Positions 55,716 to 64,000 of a stretch of DNA of 64,000 nucleotides are shown here, piece after piece. The stretch is taken from positions 2,680-66,679 of the forward strand of contig JBEGVK010000055.1 of the NCBI GenBank assembly GCA_041178405.1, in the 5' to 3' direction. Source of the DNA: Actinomycetota bacterium (GTDB lineage: Bacteria; Actinomycetota; Acidimicrobiia; Acidimicrobiales; Ilumatobacteraceae). The notes below the pieces were generated by a model. It worked only from the letters and a program-made list of their open reading frames with translations, did not search any database and was not told the origin of the DNA. A program made the position numbers and the translations under genes. The stretch's first letter is position 1. Each line of letters starts with the position of its first letter.

Positions 55716-58025
55716 TCAGGCAGGGGCAGCGGCACCGAGCGCGATGTCCGACGGCCGCACCGGCACGCGGTTGATCTGCTCGCCCCCGAGGCCGCGGAGC
55801 GCATCGCGGATGGCGGCGACCACTGCCGGCGTGCTCGACACCGTCGGCGGCTCGCCGACACCCTTGGCACCGAGCGGCGACTGGGGCTCGGGCTCCTCGA
55901 CGAACGACACCACGACGTCGGGCATGTCGAGGAAGGTCGGCAGCAGATAGTCGGTGAAGGTCGGATTGCGCACGACGCCATCGACCTGCAGGAGTTCTTC
56001 CATCACTGCCAGTCCGATGCCCTGCGCGATGCCGCCCTCGACCTGGCCGACCGCGGCAACAGGGTTCAGAAGCCGGCCCACATCTTGCGTGGTGGCCACC
56101 TGCACCACTCGCAGCAGGCCGAGGTCGGGATCGACGTCGACGACGGCCCGGTGTGCGGCGAAGGCGAAGGCGGTGTGGCAGTCGCCCTGGCCGAGTTCGT
56201 CGAGGTCGGCGGTCGGCGGGTGGTGGTACTCGAACGTCTCGTCGAACTCGACGCCCTTCGTGGCCTCAGCCACGGCGACACGCAGCGTGCCCTCGGTATC
56301 GACGATGTCGCGACCATCGACTTCGAGCCGGTGCACGGGTACGCCGTGCATCTCGGCGACGTGATGCAGGACGCGTCCGAGCACCAGGCGGCATGCGCCG
56401 TCGACGGCACCGCCGCTCATCCAGGTCTGGCGGGATGCCGAGGTGGAACCTGCCGAGCCGACGAGCGTGTCGATGCGGTCGAGGACGACGTCGTCGACAC
56501 CAAGGACGGTGCGCGCAATCTGCTGGGCGAGCGTGACGAAACCCTGCCCCACCTCGACGGTGGCGAACTTCACCGTCGCCACGCCATCGCGCAGGCGCAC
56601 ACGCGCAGTGCTGTAGTCGTCGAAGCCCTCGCTGTACATGAGGTTCTTGATGCTGACGCCGTAGCCGATTCCCCTGCGTACGTGCTGGGATCCGGTGGTG
56701 AGTCCTGTGCCGCCTGGCAGTCGCAGCGGATCACCATCGTGACCGCCGACCGGCTGGTCGGGAAGCGGCAGCGCCACGAGTTCGCGGATCAGCCGTTCGA
56801 CCGGCGCCACGCTGCGCACCTCCTGCCCGGTGATGAGACGGTCGCCCGTCCTCATCGCGTTGCGGAGCCGGATCTCGACAGGGTCGAGCCCGCATGCTGC
56901 AGCGAGGCGGTCCATCTGGCTCTCGTGGGCGAAGCAGGCCTGCACGACCCCGAAGCCGCGCATCGCACCGGACGGCAGGTTGTTCGTTCGCACTGCCCAG
57001 CCATCGACAGTTGCGTTCTCGCAGCGGTACGGGCCCTGGGCGTGTGTGATGCCGTTGACCAGCACGGCAGACGACGTGCTGGCGTAGGCGCCGCCGTCGA
57101 AGACGAACCGGGCCTCGATGCGGCGGATGGTGCCATCGTGGTCGGCGTGGTGGCGCATCCAGATCGTGCACGGGTGCCGGTGTACATGGCCGAGGAAGCT
57201 CTCTCGGCGGTCGTAGGCCATTCGCACAGGCCGGCCAGTGCGCAGCGCCAGCAGGCAGGTGTGCACCTGCAGGCTGATGTCCTCGCGGGCGCCGAAGGCA
57301 CCGCCCACCCCGCCGAGGATGAGCCGCACTCGCTCCGGCGGCATCCCGAGGCAGGCTGCGATCTGCGCCCGGTCCTCGTGCAGCCACTGGGTGGCGACGA
57401 TCAGCTCGACTCCCCCGCCGTCGTGGTCGGGCACCGCCATTGCCGCCTCGAGGCCGAGGAAGGCCTGATCCTGCCGTCCGATCTCGTAGGTGCCCTCGAC
57501 CGTGACGGGCCCGACGATCGACTGGTCGCCGCGCACGATGCGCTGACGTCGGATCACGTTGCCATCCGGATGGATCGGCGGCACCGAGCCGTCGATTGCA
57601 CGCTCGGGATCGGTGAGCGGTGCCAGCACCTCGTACTCGACGACGATCGCCTCGAGTGCCCGCCGGCACGTGGCCGGGTGATCGGCGGCGACGGCGGCGA
57701 CCGGCTCGCCCATGAAGCGAACGTGCGTGCTGGCGAAGACGGGCTGGTCGTGGGCGATGAGCCCGTACGTCGCAGCCCCTGGCACGTCGGCTGCCGTGAT
57801 GACGGCCTCGACACCGGGAATCGACCATGCGGGCGTGACATCGAGGCGCACGATTCGGGCATGAGGATGCGGTGACCGGAGCGTGGCGCCCCACAGTCCG
57901 CCTTCAAGCCGGAAGTCGCCCGAGAACTCGAAACTTCCCTGCACCTTGGCAATGCCATCCGGACGCTCGGTCGACTGGCCAAGGCGGCCGGCGAGCGGCG
58001 TGGCGGTGCTCACTCCGGCGGCCAT
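55716..58025 (-). CDS. xanthine dehydrogenase/aldehyde oxidase-family molybdopterin-binding large subunit
   Basis: 769 aa. GIAKVQG...Y..D, GGVGGAFGARED and the C-terminal GVGEPP motif are present. Confidence 0.9.
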   Translation of the reverse strand: MAAGVSTATPLAGRLGQSTERPDGIAKVQGSFEFSGDFRLEGGLWGATLRSPHPHARIVRLDVTPAWSIPGVEAVITAADVPGAATYGLIAHDQPVFASTHVRFMGEPVAAVAADHPATCRRALEAIVVEYEVLAPLTDPERAIDGSVPPIHPDGNVIRRQRIVRGDQSIVGPVTVEGTYEIGRQDQAFLGLEAAMAVPDHDGGGVELIVATQWLHEDRAQIAACLGMPPERVRLILGGVGGAFGAREDISLQVHTCLLALRTGRPVRMAYDRRESFLGHVHRHPCTIWMRHHADHDGTIRRIEARFVFDGGAYASTSSAVLVNGITHAQGPYRCENATVDGWAVRTNNLPSGAMRGFGVVQACFAHESQMDRLAAACGLDPVEIRLRNAMRTGDRLITGQEVRSVAPVERLIRELVALPLPDQPVGGHDGDPLRLPGGTGLTTGSQHVRRGIGYGVSIKNLMYSEGFDDYSTARVRLRDGVATVKFATVEVGQGFVTLAQQIARTVLGVDDVVLDRIDTLVGSAGSTSASRQTWMSGGAVDGACRLVLGRVLHHVAEMHGVPVHRLEVDGRDIVDTEGTLRVAVAEATKGVEFDETFEYHHPPTADLDELGQGDCHTAFAFAAHRAVVDVDPDLGLLRVVQVATTQDVGRLLNPVAAVGQVEGGIAQGIGLAVMEELLQVDGVVRNPTFTDYLLPTFLDMPDVVVSFVEEPEPQSPLGAKGVGEPPTVSSTPAVVAAIRDALRGLGGEQINRVPVRPSDIALGAAAPA

Positions 58026-58513
58026 CAGCGCTCCTCATGGGGCGACTCGGCGATGACCCGTGCCACGGCATCGAGGATGCGGCCATAGCCGGTGCAGCGG
58101 CAGATGTTGCCCGACAGCGCCTCGCGGACCTCGAATTCCGACGGCGATGGTGACCGCTCGAGGAGCGCCTCTGTCGCCATGATCAGTCCCGGCGTGCAGA
58201 ATCCGCACTGCACTGCCCCAGCGTCGACGAACGCCCGCTGCACGCGGCTCGGGGATCCGGCAGCAGCGACACCCTCGATGGTGACAATCCGCCGGCCGAC
58301 CGCCGACGCCGCCAGGACGAGGCAGCTGCAGACCAACTCGCTGTCGACGAGCACGCTGCAGGATCCGCACTCGCCCTGCTCGCATGCGCCCTTCGTGCCG
58401 ATCAGGCCGAGCCGCTCGCGGAGGACGAAGAGGAGATTCTCGTCGAGGTGCGCGTCGGCGACGTCGCGTGCCTCGCCGTTCACGTGGAGGCGATAGTCGA
58501 TCGTGTCAGCCAT
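58025..58513 (-). CDS. (2Fe-2S)-binding small subunit of the XDH/CoxS type
   Basis: GTKGACEQGECGSCSV and CGFCTPG...GNICRCTGY are present. Its stop shares one base with the large-subunit ATG. Confidence 0.92.
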   Translation of the reverse strand: MADTIDYRLHVNGEARDVADAHLDENLLFVLRERLGLIGTKGACEQGECGSCSVLVDSELVCSCLVLAASAVGRRIVTIEGVAAAGSPSRVQRAFVDAGAVQCGFCTPGLIMATEALLERSPSPSEFEVREALSGNICRCTGYGRILDAVARVIAESPHEER

Positions 58514-59375
58514 TGGGAAAGGCGCTCCTCAGGAGTCGGGCGGCGAGCACGCCCACGGCGTGCGACCTGTAGGCAGCGGACGACCGGTGGTCGTCGATCG
58601 GCCGCGCTGCGGCACGCACGAGTGCGGAGAACTCGCCCACCGTGTCGTCGCCCACCTGCGGCTGCGTCGCGCCGAGGTCGACCCTCGTGCGGATCATCTC
58701 CTCGGCAGCAGGACAGCGCAGCACCGTCGGCCCGACGGAGCCGAGCGCGATGCGCACCGCAGACGCCAGGCGGTCGTGCACGAGGCAGGCACTCGCGATC
58801 GAGATGACCATGGCATTGCGGACGCCGACCTTCGAATAGCCCTGCCAGCCATCGACCACGGGCACGGTGACGGCGGTGATCAGCTCGTCGCGAGCGGCAG
58901 CAGTGCGCTTCGGACCGACCATGAAGTCGGCGACGGGCAGGCGCCTCTCCTGTGATGCCGAGCGAAGGTGCACGACTGCATCGAGGGCAGCTAGCGGCGG
59001 CAGTCCATCGCCCGCCGGCGAGCAGGTGGCGAGATTCCCGCCGATGGTGCCGGCGTGGCGGATCTGCGGTGAGCCGACCGTACGCGCCGCCTGTGCCAGG
59101 GATGGGACCAGCGTGGCCAGCGGACCGCGCTCGATCTCGGACCAGCGGACCGCAGAGCCGATCGTCACCGTGCCAGCGGCGGGATCGTGGGCCCACGACC
59201 GCAACTCGGCCACGCGGTCGACGGCGATCACGCCCGTAGGAGTCCGGCGCCGGTGCTCGTTCAGCTCGACGAGCATGTCGGTGCCACCCGCCAGGATCAC
59301 CCGATCTGGCTCGGCGGCGAGCAGGCCGACGACCTCGTCGACGGTGCTGGCAACGGAGACGACGGACGCAGCCAT
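58506..59375 (-). CDS. FAD-binding medium subunit of the XDH/CoxM type
   Basis: ILAGGTDMLVELN and GTIGGNLA are present. Trimmed to ATG 59375. It has an 8-nt overlap with the small subunit. Confidence 0.85.
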   Translation of the reverse strand: MAASVVSVASTVDEVVGLLAAEPDRVILAGGTDMLVELNEHRRRTPTGVIAVDRVAELRSWAHDPAAGTVTIGSAVRWSEIERGPLATLVPSLAQAARTVGSPQIRHAGTIGGNLATCSPAGDGLPPLAALDAVVHLRSASQERRLPVADFMVGPKRTAAARDELITAVTVPVVDGWQGYSKVGVRNAMVISIASACLVHDRLASAVRIALGSVGPTVLRCPAAEEMIRTRVDLGATQPQVGDDTVGEFSALVRAAARPIDDHRSSAAYRSHAVGVLAARLLRSAFPNG

Positions 59376-59429
59376 TGGCCGCACTTTACATTTCGTCAAC
59401 CGATGCGCACGGGAGTGCCCGCCGGGCGC

Positions 59430-59693
59430 TCAGGACGGTGGTTGCCTGGCAGCTGGCTCGAAGGGGCAGTGACGGCAGCCGCTCGAACAGCACCAGCCCC
59501 GCTCAGCGAGGAACGCTGCCGTGAAGACCATCAGTCCCGTCACGGGGTCCTGATAGGCGGGGCTGCCCCGGCGGATCGCCGACGAGTGCCGCTCCATCGC
59601 AACGGCGAACCCGCGATGTCGCTCCGAGAACCGAGTTGGGAGCGGCCGGTCGACATAGTCGACCCGAAGGGGCAACGACGTGCCATCCGCCAT
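59430..59693 (-). CDS. small Cys-rich protein (DUF5522-like from memory)
   Basis: ORF-track 59430..60299 is trimmed to ATG 59693, giving 87 aa. The C-terminus is GLMVFTAAFLAERGWCCSSGCRHCPF. Confidence 0.5.
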   Translation of the reverse strand: MADGTSLPLRVDYVDRPLPTRFSERHRGFAVAMERHSSAIRRGSPAYQDPVTGLMVFTAAFLAERGWCCSSGCRHCPFEPAARQPPS

Positions 59694-59873
59694 GGGGCGA
59701 CGGTATCGCAGCACGGCGCTGAGGCCGCCGTCGTGCTGCGCAGCAGCGAGGGACGAGGGCGCTGTGCTCCACCCTCTTCGCACAAGGGCTATGGTTCGCC
59801 CATCCGGGGCGTGATGGGGGTCCGTCTCGTTGCGATCCGGGGCATGAACGTCTACGAGCGAAGGGGGAAGCAC

Positions 59874-61706
59874 GTGCGCAACAGTCGTCGTGGCCGGGGA
59901 GCCGGCCGCATCGTCGCCGCTGTGGTGATCAGTCTCGGGCTGGTCGCTGCCGCGTGCAGCAAGAAAGAAGAGATCGCCGAGGACACGTCGCCCGCCACGA
60001 GCGGCGACCCGAATGCGACACAGCCCACCGTCACCAACGCCCCGGTGACCATGCCCGAGGTCGAGCCCGTCATGGGCGGCCGGCTCGTCATCGGCGGCGA
60101 GGCCGAGGTGTCGAACCCGTGGACGCCTGCCGCCATGCAGTGCGACTCCTTCTGCCACATGCGTGCCCGCAGCTTCTACGACCCGCTGGTGTCGGTCGAC
60201 GACGAGCTCAACTGGCGCCCCTTCCTCGCCGAGAGCATCACGCCGAACGCCGAGAGCACCGAGTTCACCATCAAGATCCGCGAGGGAATCTCGTTCCACG
60301 ACGGCACGCCGCTCAATGCCGACGCCGTCATGTACAACCTCAATGCGACCGGCAGCGGACTGCTGGTGAGCGCCGGCGTGAAGGACCTCGCCCGCGATCC
60401 AGCATGCTGGAAGGCCGACGGCGGCCTGGCCAACAATGCGTGCAAGCTGGTGATGGACAAGGTCGACGAGTTCACCTTCGTGATCAAGACCGGCAAGGAC
60501 GGCAATGCAGGCGATCCTCTGCCGTGGCCGCTGTTCCCCTACTACCTCGGCGGCCAGTTCGGTCTCGTCGCCTCGCCGACGTGGCTCGACGCCGTCGCTG
60601 CCGGCACGGCGAACGCCACTGATGCGGTCGGAACCGGGCCCTTCATGTTCAAGGAGTACGCGCCCGGCGAGGGCGGCAAGCTCGTCGTGACCCGGAACCC
60701 GAACTACTGGCAGACCGACTCAGCCGGCCGCCAGCTCCCGTACCTCGACGAGATCGAGTTCCGCGTCATCCCCGACTCTCAGGTCCGCGCTGCGGCACTC
60801 GAGTCAGGCGACGTCGACCTCATCTCGACCTCTGATGCGGCGGTGGTCAGCGAGTACGACCCCGGATTCGGCGCTACCACCGACTTCAACTTCCTGCTCC
60901 AGGCTCAGTACAGCGAGACCAACTACATCCTGCTGCACCTCTCCAAGCCTGGCCCCCTGCAGTCCAAGGAGGTCCGCTGCGCGCTCCACCAGGCGCTCGA
61001 CAAGGACGACCTGATCGCCACCGTGGCGAACGGCTACCCCGCGATCGCCAACGGCCCGTTCTCGCCAGGCCAGGAGGGCAACCTCGCCGACAACGGCGCG
61101 CCGACCTACGACCCCGACGCCGCCGCTGCGGCGATCGCGGCCTATGAGGCTGCCAATGGCGAGATCACGATCAACTACTCCACCACCACGTCGGCGAGCA
61201 GCCTCGCCACGGCCGAGTACCTGCAGGATGCGTGGGGTGCCGTAGGCGTCGACGTAACAATCACCCAGATCGAGCAGTCGAAGCTCATCAACAACGCGCT
61301 CTTCGGCGCTCCCGAGTTCGACGCGTTCGGATGGCGCAATCATGCAGGTCTCTTCGTCGACGGCCAGTACTACTGGTGGCACGGCTCAGCGGCGCTGCCT
61401 GACGGCAGCCTCGCCCTGAACTTCGGCCGTCTCAACGACCCCGAGATCAACCGTCTCCTCGACCTGAGCCGCAGCGAGGCGGATCCCGACGCCCGTCGTG
61501 GCTACGCCGAGGACATCAACCGGCGCTTCGCCAGCGAGTGCTTCATCATTCCGACCTCGTTCACCACATGGGCCATCATCAGTTCCCCGTCGGTGATGGG
61601 CATCGGCACGATGATGCAGCCAGACGGCAGTGGGTCGTTCGTCCGCGATGGTGCCGGGTTCTCCGGGCAGATCTGGCTGACGTCCCTCTTCAAGGCAGAG
61701 GGCTGA
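59874..61706 (+). CDS. ABC transporter substrate-binding lipoprotein, family 5 (peptide/nickel type)
   Basis: AAGGGGGA precedes GTG 59874. The signal and lipobox are RIVAAVVISLGLVAAACS. The body is a family-5 SBP (FHDGTPLNADAVMYNL...). Confidence 0.85.
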   Translation: MRNSRRGRGAGRIVAAVVISLGLVAAACSKKEEIAEDTSPATSGDPNATQPTVTNAPVTMPEVEPVMGGRLVIGGEAEVSNPWTPAAMQCDSFCHMRARSFYDPLVSVDDELNWRPFLAESITPNAESTEFTIKIREGISFHDGTPLNADAVMYNLNATGSGLLVSAGVKDLARDPACWKADGGLANNACKLVMDKVDEFTFVIKTGKDGNAGDPLPWPLFPYYLGGQFGLVASPTWLDAVAAGTANATDAVGTGPFMFKEYAPGEGGKLVVTRNPNYWQTDSAGRQLPYLDEIEFRVIPDSQVRAAALESGDVDLISTSDAAVVSEYDPGFGATTDFNFLLQAQYSETNYILLHLSKPGPLQSKEVRCALHQALDKDDLIATVANGYPAIANGPFSPGQEGNLADNGAPTYDPDAAAAAIAAYEAANGEITINYSTTTSASSLATAEYLQDAWGAVGVDVTITQIEQSKLINNALFGAPEFDAFGWRNHAGLFVDGQYYWWHGSAALPDGSLALNFGRLNDPEINRLLDLSRSEADPDARRGYAEDINRRFASECFIIPTSFTTWAIISSPSVMGIGTMMQPDGSGSFVRDGAGFSGQIWLTSLFKAEG

Positions 61707-61789
61707 GCGGATTCGCAGCGGTGGCGCCGCCGCGAGGCGGCGCCACCATGCAGTCCTCTTTCGCTGCCCTCTGACGCCAAGGAACCACC

Positions 61790-62776
61790 GTGCGATACGC
61801 CCTCACCCGCATCGCCCGCTTCGTCTTCGTCTTCGTCATCGTCACGTTCCTCGTGATGCTGGCCACGCGCATCGGCAGCAAGGATCCTGTGCGCGACCTG
61901 GCGGGTGGGCAGGTCGGGCCGGAGGTCATCGCCAAGGTCGAGGCCGACTTCCCGTACGTCCGGGCGTGCGAGGGCACGATCACGTACGCACCGTGCATGG
62001 TGTCGCAGTACGCCCGGTGGGTCGGCGACGTGTTCACCGGCAACATGGGCTACTCGTACGCGCAGAACCAGTCCGTGGTCGACATGTTCAAGCAACGGGG
62101 ACCGAGCACGTTCTGGCTCGGAGTCTGGGCGATTGTCATCGGCCTCATCGGGGCCGTACCGATCGGCGTGTACTCGGCCTACAAGCGCGACAGCCCGCTC
62201 GACCGGGTGCTGAGCCTCGGGTCCTTCGCCGTGCTGTCGACGCCGCAGCTCGTGATCGCAGTGTTCCTGCTGTATGCCGTTGCGAACCGGGTGGCGTTCT
62301 TCCCGAACATCCCAGACTATGTGGCACCCTGGAGCAACCCTGTCGAGCACTTCCGCAACTTCTTCCTGCCTGCGCTCACACTCGGCATCGGACTCGGAGC
62401 CGTGTGGAGCCGGTTGCTTCGTGCCGACATGATCCTCACGCTGCAGAGCGACTTCATCAACCTTGCCCGGGCCAAGGGTGTCTCGCCGAATCGCGTGCTC
62501 TGGGTGCACGCCCTCCGCTCGTCGGTGCTGTCGCTGATCACGAGCGTTGCGCTGCAGTTGTCAGGCCTCATCAGCGGCGCCGTGGTCGCCGAGCAGTTCT
62601 TCCAGGTCGGCGGCATCGGCGGCCGGCTGGTGATCGCCGTACAGCAGAACGACATCCTCGTCATCCAGGCGATCACGGCAGCAGTCGTGGCCGCAGTGGT
62701 CGTGGTGAACGTGGGCGTCGACCTTCTGTACGCCGTTGTCGATCCGCGTATCCGTCAGGCGCGGGCGCTGGCATGA
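61790..62776 (+). CDS. ABC transporter permease (DppB/OppB-like)
   Basis: 328 aa and multi-TM. ARAKGVSPNRVLWVHALRSS is the typical EAA-loop region. Confidence 0.88.
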   Translation: MRYALTRIARFVFVFVIVTFLVMLATRIGSKDPVRDLAGGQVGPEVIAKVEADFPYVRACEGTITYAPCMVSQYARWVGDVFTGNMGYSYAQNQSVVDMFKQRGPSTFWLGVWAIVIGLIGAVPIGVYSAYKRDSPLDRVLSLGSFAVLSTPQLVIAVFLLYAVANRVAFFPNIPDYVAPWSNPVEHFRNFFLPALTLGIGLGAVWSRLLRADMILTLQSDFINLARAKGVSPNRVLWVHALRSSVLSLITSVALQLSGLISGAVVAEQFFQVGGIGGRLVIAVQQNDILVIQAITAAVVAAVVVVNVGVDLLYAVVDPRIRQARALA

Positions 62777-62789
62777 GCGAGGTGCCGAC

Positions 62790-63695
62790 GTGACCGCAGC
62801 ATCAGGCGCCGCCGGGCCGACTGTGCGCACGCCCAAGCGACCCAACCGATTCCTCACAGGTGGCAGCGTGCTCTCGCTCACCTGGCTGATCGGGCTCACG
62901 CTCCTGGCCTTCTTCGCCGACTACCTGCCCTTCATCAGGTACGCGACGGCGCGCACCAAGTCAGTCACGAACTACAAGGCCGGCCCGGGGCTCGACTTCT
63001 GGTTCGGTAGTGACAGACTCGGCCGAGACGTGTTCGCTCGCTGCATCTACGGGGCGCAGATATCTCTTCGCGTGGCGGTGGCCAGCATCATTGTCGGCAT
63101 CGTGGTGGGTGGAGCGCTCGGACTGATCGCCGGGTATGTGAAGGGGCGAACCGACGCCACCATCAATGTGCTGTTCGACGTTCTCCTGTCGTTCCCTGCC
63201 CTGATCCTGGCGGTGCTCGTCGTCGGGCGCCTCGACGTGCTCGCTGCCGATGTGCCGTGGCTCACCCGCACGTGGTCGGTCACGATCGTGCTGTCGCTGC
63301 TGTCGATCGCACCGATCGCCCGAATCGTCAGAGCGCAGACACTGAGCCTCAGCGAGCGCGAATTCGTCCTTGCTGCCCGCAGCCTCGGAGCCGGGCGGAT
63401 GCGGATCCTGTTCAAGGAGATCCTCCCCAATCTCGTCCCCGCGATGGTGTCCGTCGCCTTCACGGGAGTCGCAGTGCTGATGGTCGCCGAGGGCGGCCTT
63501 GCCTTCCTCGGCTACTCCGTCGAGTCGCCGTCCTCGTCGTGGGGGAAGTTGATCGCTGAGAACCGCGAGAAGATCGACGTGGCCTGGTGGGCCACCATCT
63601 TCCCGTCGCTCATGCTGTTCATCACCGTGCTTGCGTTCAACGTCGTCGGCGACCGATTCGCCCGGCGATTCGACATCCGGGAGGCTGCCCTGTGA
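62790..63695 (+). CDS. ABC transporter permease (DppC/OppC-like)
   Basis: GTG 62790 follows GAGG by 8 nt; the ORF-track start is 62736. LGSDRLGRDVFAR and AARSLGAGRMRILFKEILPN are present. Confidence 0.85.
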   Translation: MTAASGAAGPTVRTPKRPNRFLTGGSVLSLTWLIGLTLLAFFADYLPFIRYATARTKSVTNYKAGPGLDFWFGSDRLGRDVFARCIYGAQISLRVAVASIIVGIVVGGALGLIAGYVKGRTDATINVLFDVLLSFPALILAVLVVGRLDVLAADVPWLTRTWSVTIVLSLLSIAPIARIVRAQTLSLSEREFVLAARSLGAGRMRILFKEILPNLVPAMVSVAFTGVAVLMVAEGGLAFLGYSVESPSSSWGKLIAENREKIDVAWWATIFPSLMLFITVLAFNVVGDRFARRFDIREAAL

Positions 63696-64000
63696 CCGCC
63701 CATCTGCAGACCGAGGGCCGAGTCGCCGCCGGCACCCTGCTCGAAGTCAGCGACCTGCGCACCCACTTCAGCACGCCACGGGGTGTGGTGCGGGCCGTCG
63801 ACGGGGTGTCGTTCACGCTCGAGCGGGGCAAGGCGCTCGGCATCGTCGGCGAGTCGGGTTGCGGAAAGACCGTGCTCTCGCGCACGATCATGGGACTCCA
63901 GCCGCGGCGCGGCACACACCTCACCGGGTCCGTACGCTTCGAGGGCAAGGAGATTCTCGGCCTGCCGCCGCAGCAGATGCGCGGCGTGTGGGGTCGCGAG
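63692..64000 (+). CDS. ABC transporter ATP-binding protein (DppD/OppD-like), 5' fragment running off the window
   Basis: GTGA overlap with the permease stop at 63692-63695. LLEVSDLRTHF...AVDGVSFTLERGKALGIVGESGCGKT contains the Walker A motif. The frame is open to base 64000. Confidence 0.85.
   Translation, partial: MTAHLQTEGRVAAGTLLEVSDLRTHFSTPRGVVRAVDGVSFTLERGKALGIVGESGCGKTVLSRTIMGLQPRRGTHLTGSVRFEGKEILGLPPQQMRGVWGRE

Noticed and set aside
55698-57875. A 725-aa plus-strand ORF covering the XDH large-subunit region.
   Set aside because: It is antisense to a 769-aa ORF with unmistakable molybdopterin-subunit motifs. Its translation is low-complexity and Arg/Asp/Gly/His-rich.

Overview
This is a GC-rich, gene-dense chromosomal segment that looks actinobacterial (Actinomycetota). 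The evidence is a WhiB-family regulator, many ATGA/GTGA-coupled genes, very short divergent intergenic regions suggesting leaderless mRNAs, and a pgsA-gcvH-FHA-MerR-DUF151 nuclease-MerR ... gcvP block that I remember as syntenic with Mycobacterium tuberculosis Rv1822-Rv1832. I call 64 protein-coding genes (two truncated by the window edges), one tRNA-Pro(GGG), and a tandem glycine riboswitch in front of gcvP. I also call a few hairpin terminators and promoter-like elements, and three kinds of repeats. I saw no rRNA, CRISPR array, transposase, integrase or prophage. Gene content from left to right: (1) helY tail, M20 amidohydrolase, a double-length ThyX-like protein, DUF4193, GNAT, crotonase, an Arg/Asp-rich disordered protein, gamma-CA-like protein and prmA. 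(2) A cluster for a small nitrogenous compound: creatininase-like, carbamoylase-type amidase, NMT1-type ABC importer, CodA-like amidohydrolase, GGT and GDPD. (3) Lipid and CoA genes, ispH, DUF512 radical SAM, der and tRNA-Pro. (4) An unassigned envelope triad (vWA lipoprotein, 4-TM protein, OmpA-like protein), then SRAP, an XRE-TM protein, HIT and pgsA. (5) The glycine cleavage genes interleaved with FHA, MerR and nuclease genes. (6) A cell-wall hydrolase block bracketed by an identical palindrome. (7) RpiR, a 2OG amino-acid hydroxylase, threonine aldolase, WhiB and a kinase. (8) A purine PRT with a three-subunit XDH-type molybdoenzyme, and a peptide-type ABC importer. The best candidates for an undescribed system are: (i) the tRNA-adjacent vWA / 4-TM coiled-coil / OmpA-like operon (31149-34060); (ii) the palindrome-bracketed Zn-ribbon regulator, 400-bp structured leader and two peptidoglycan hydrolases (47204-50489); (iii) the hydroxylase-aldolase pair (51554-53631). 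All functional calls come from motif-level recognition by eye plus the supplied ORF track. No database search or folding program was run, and start codons are often my own trimming of the ORF-track maxima.
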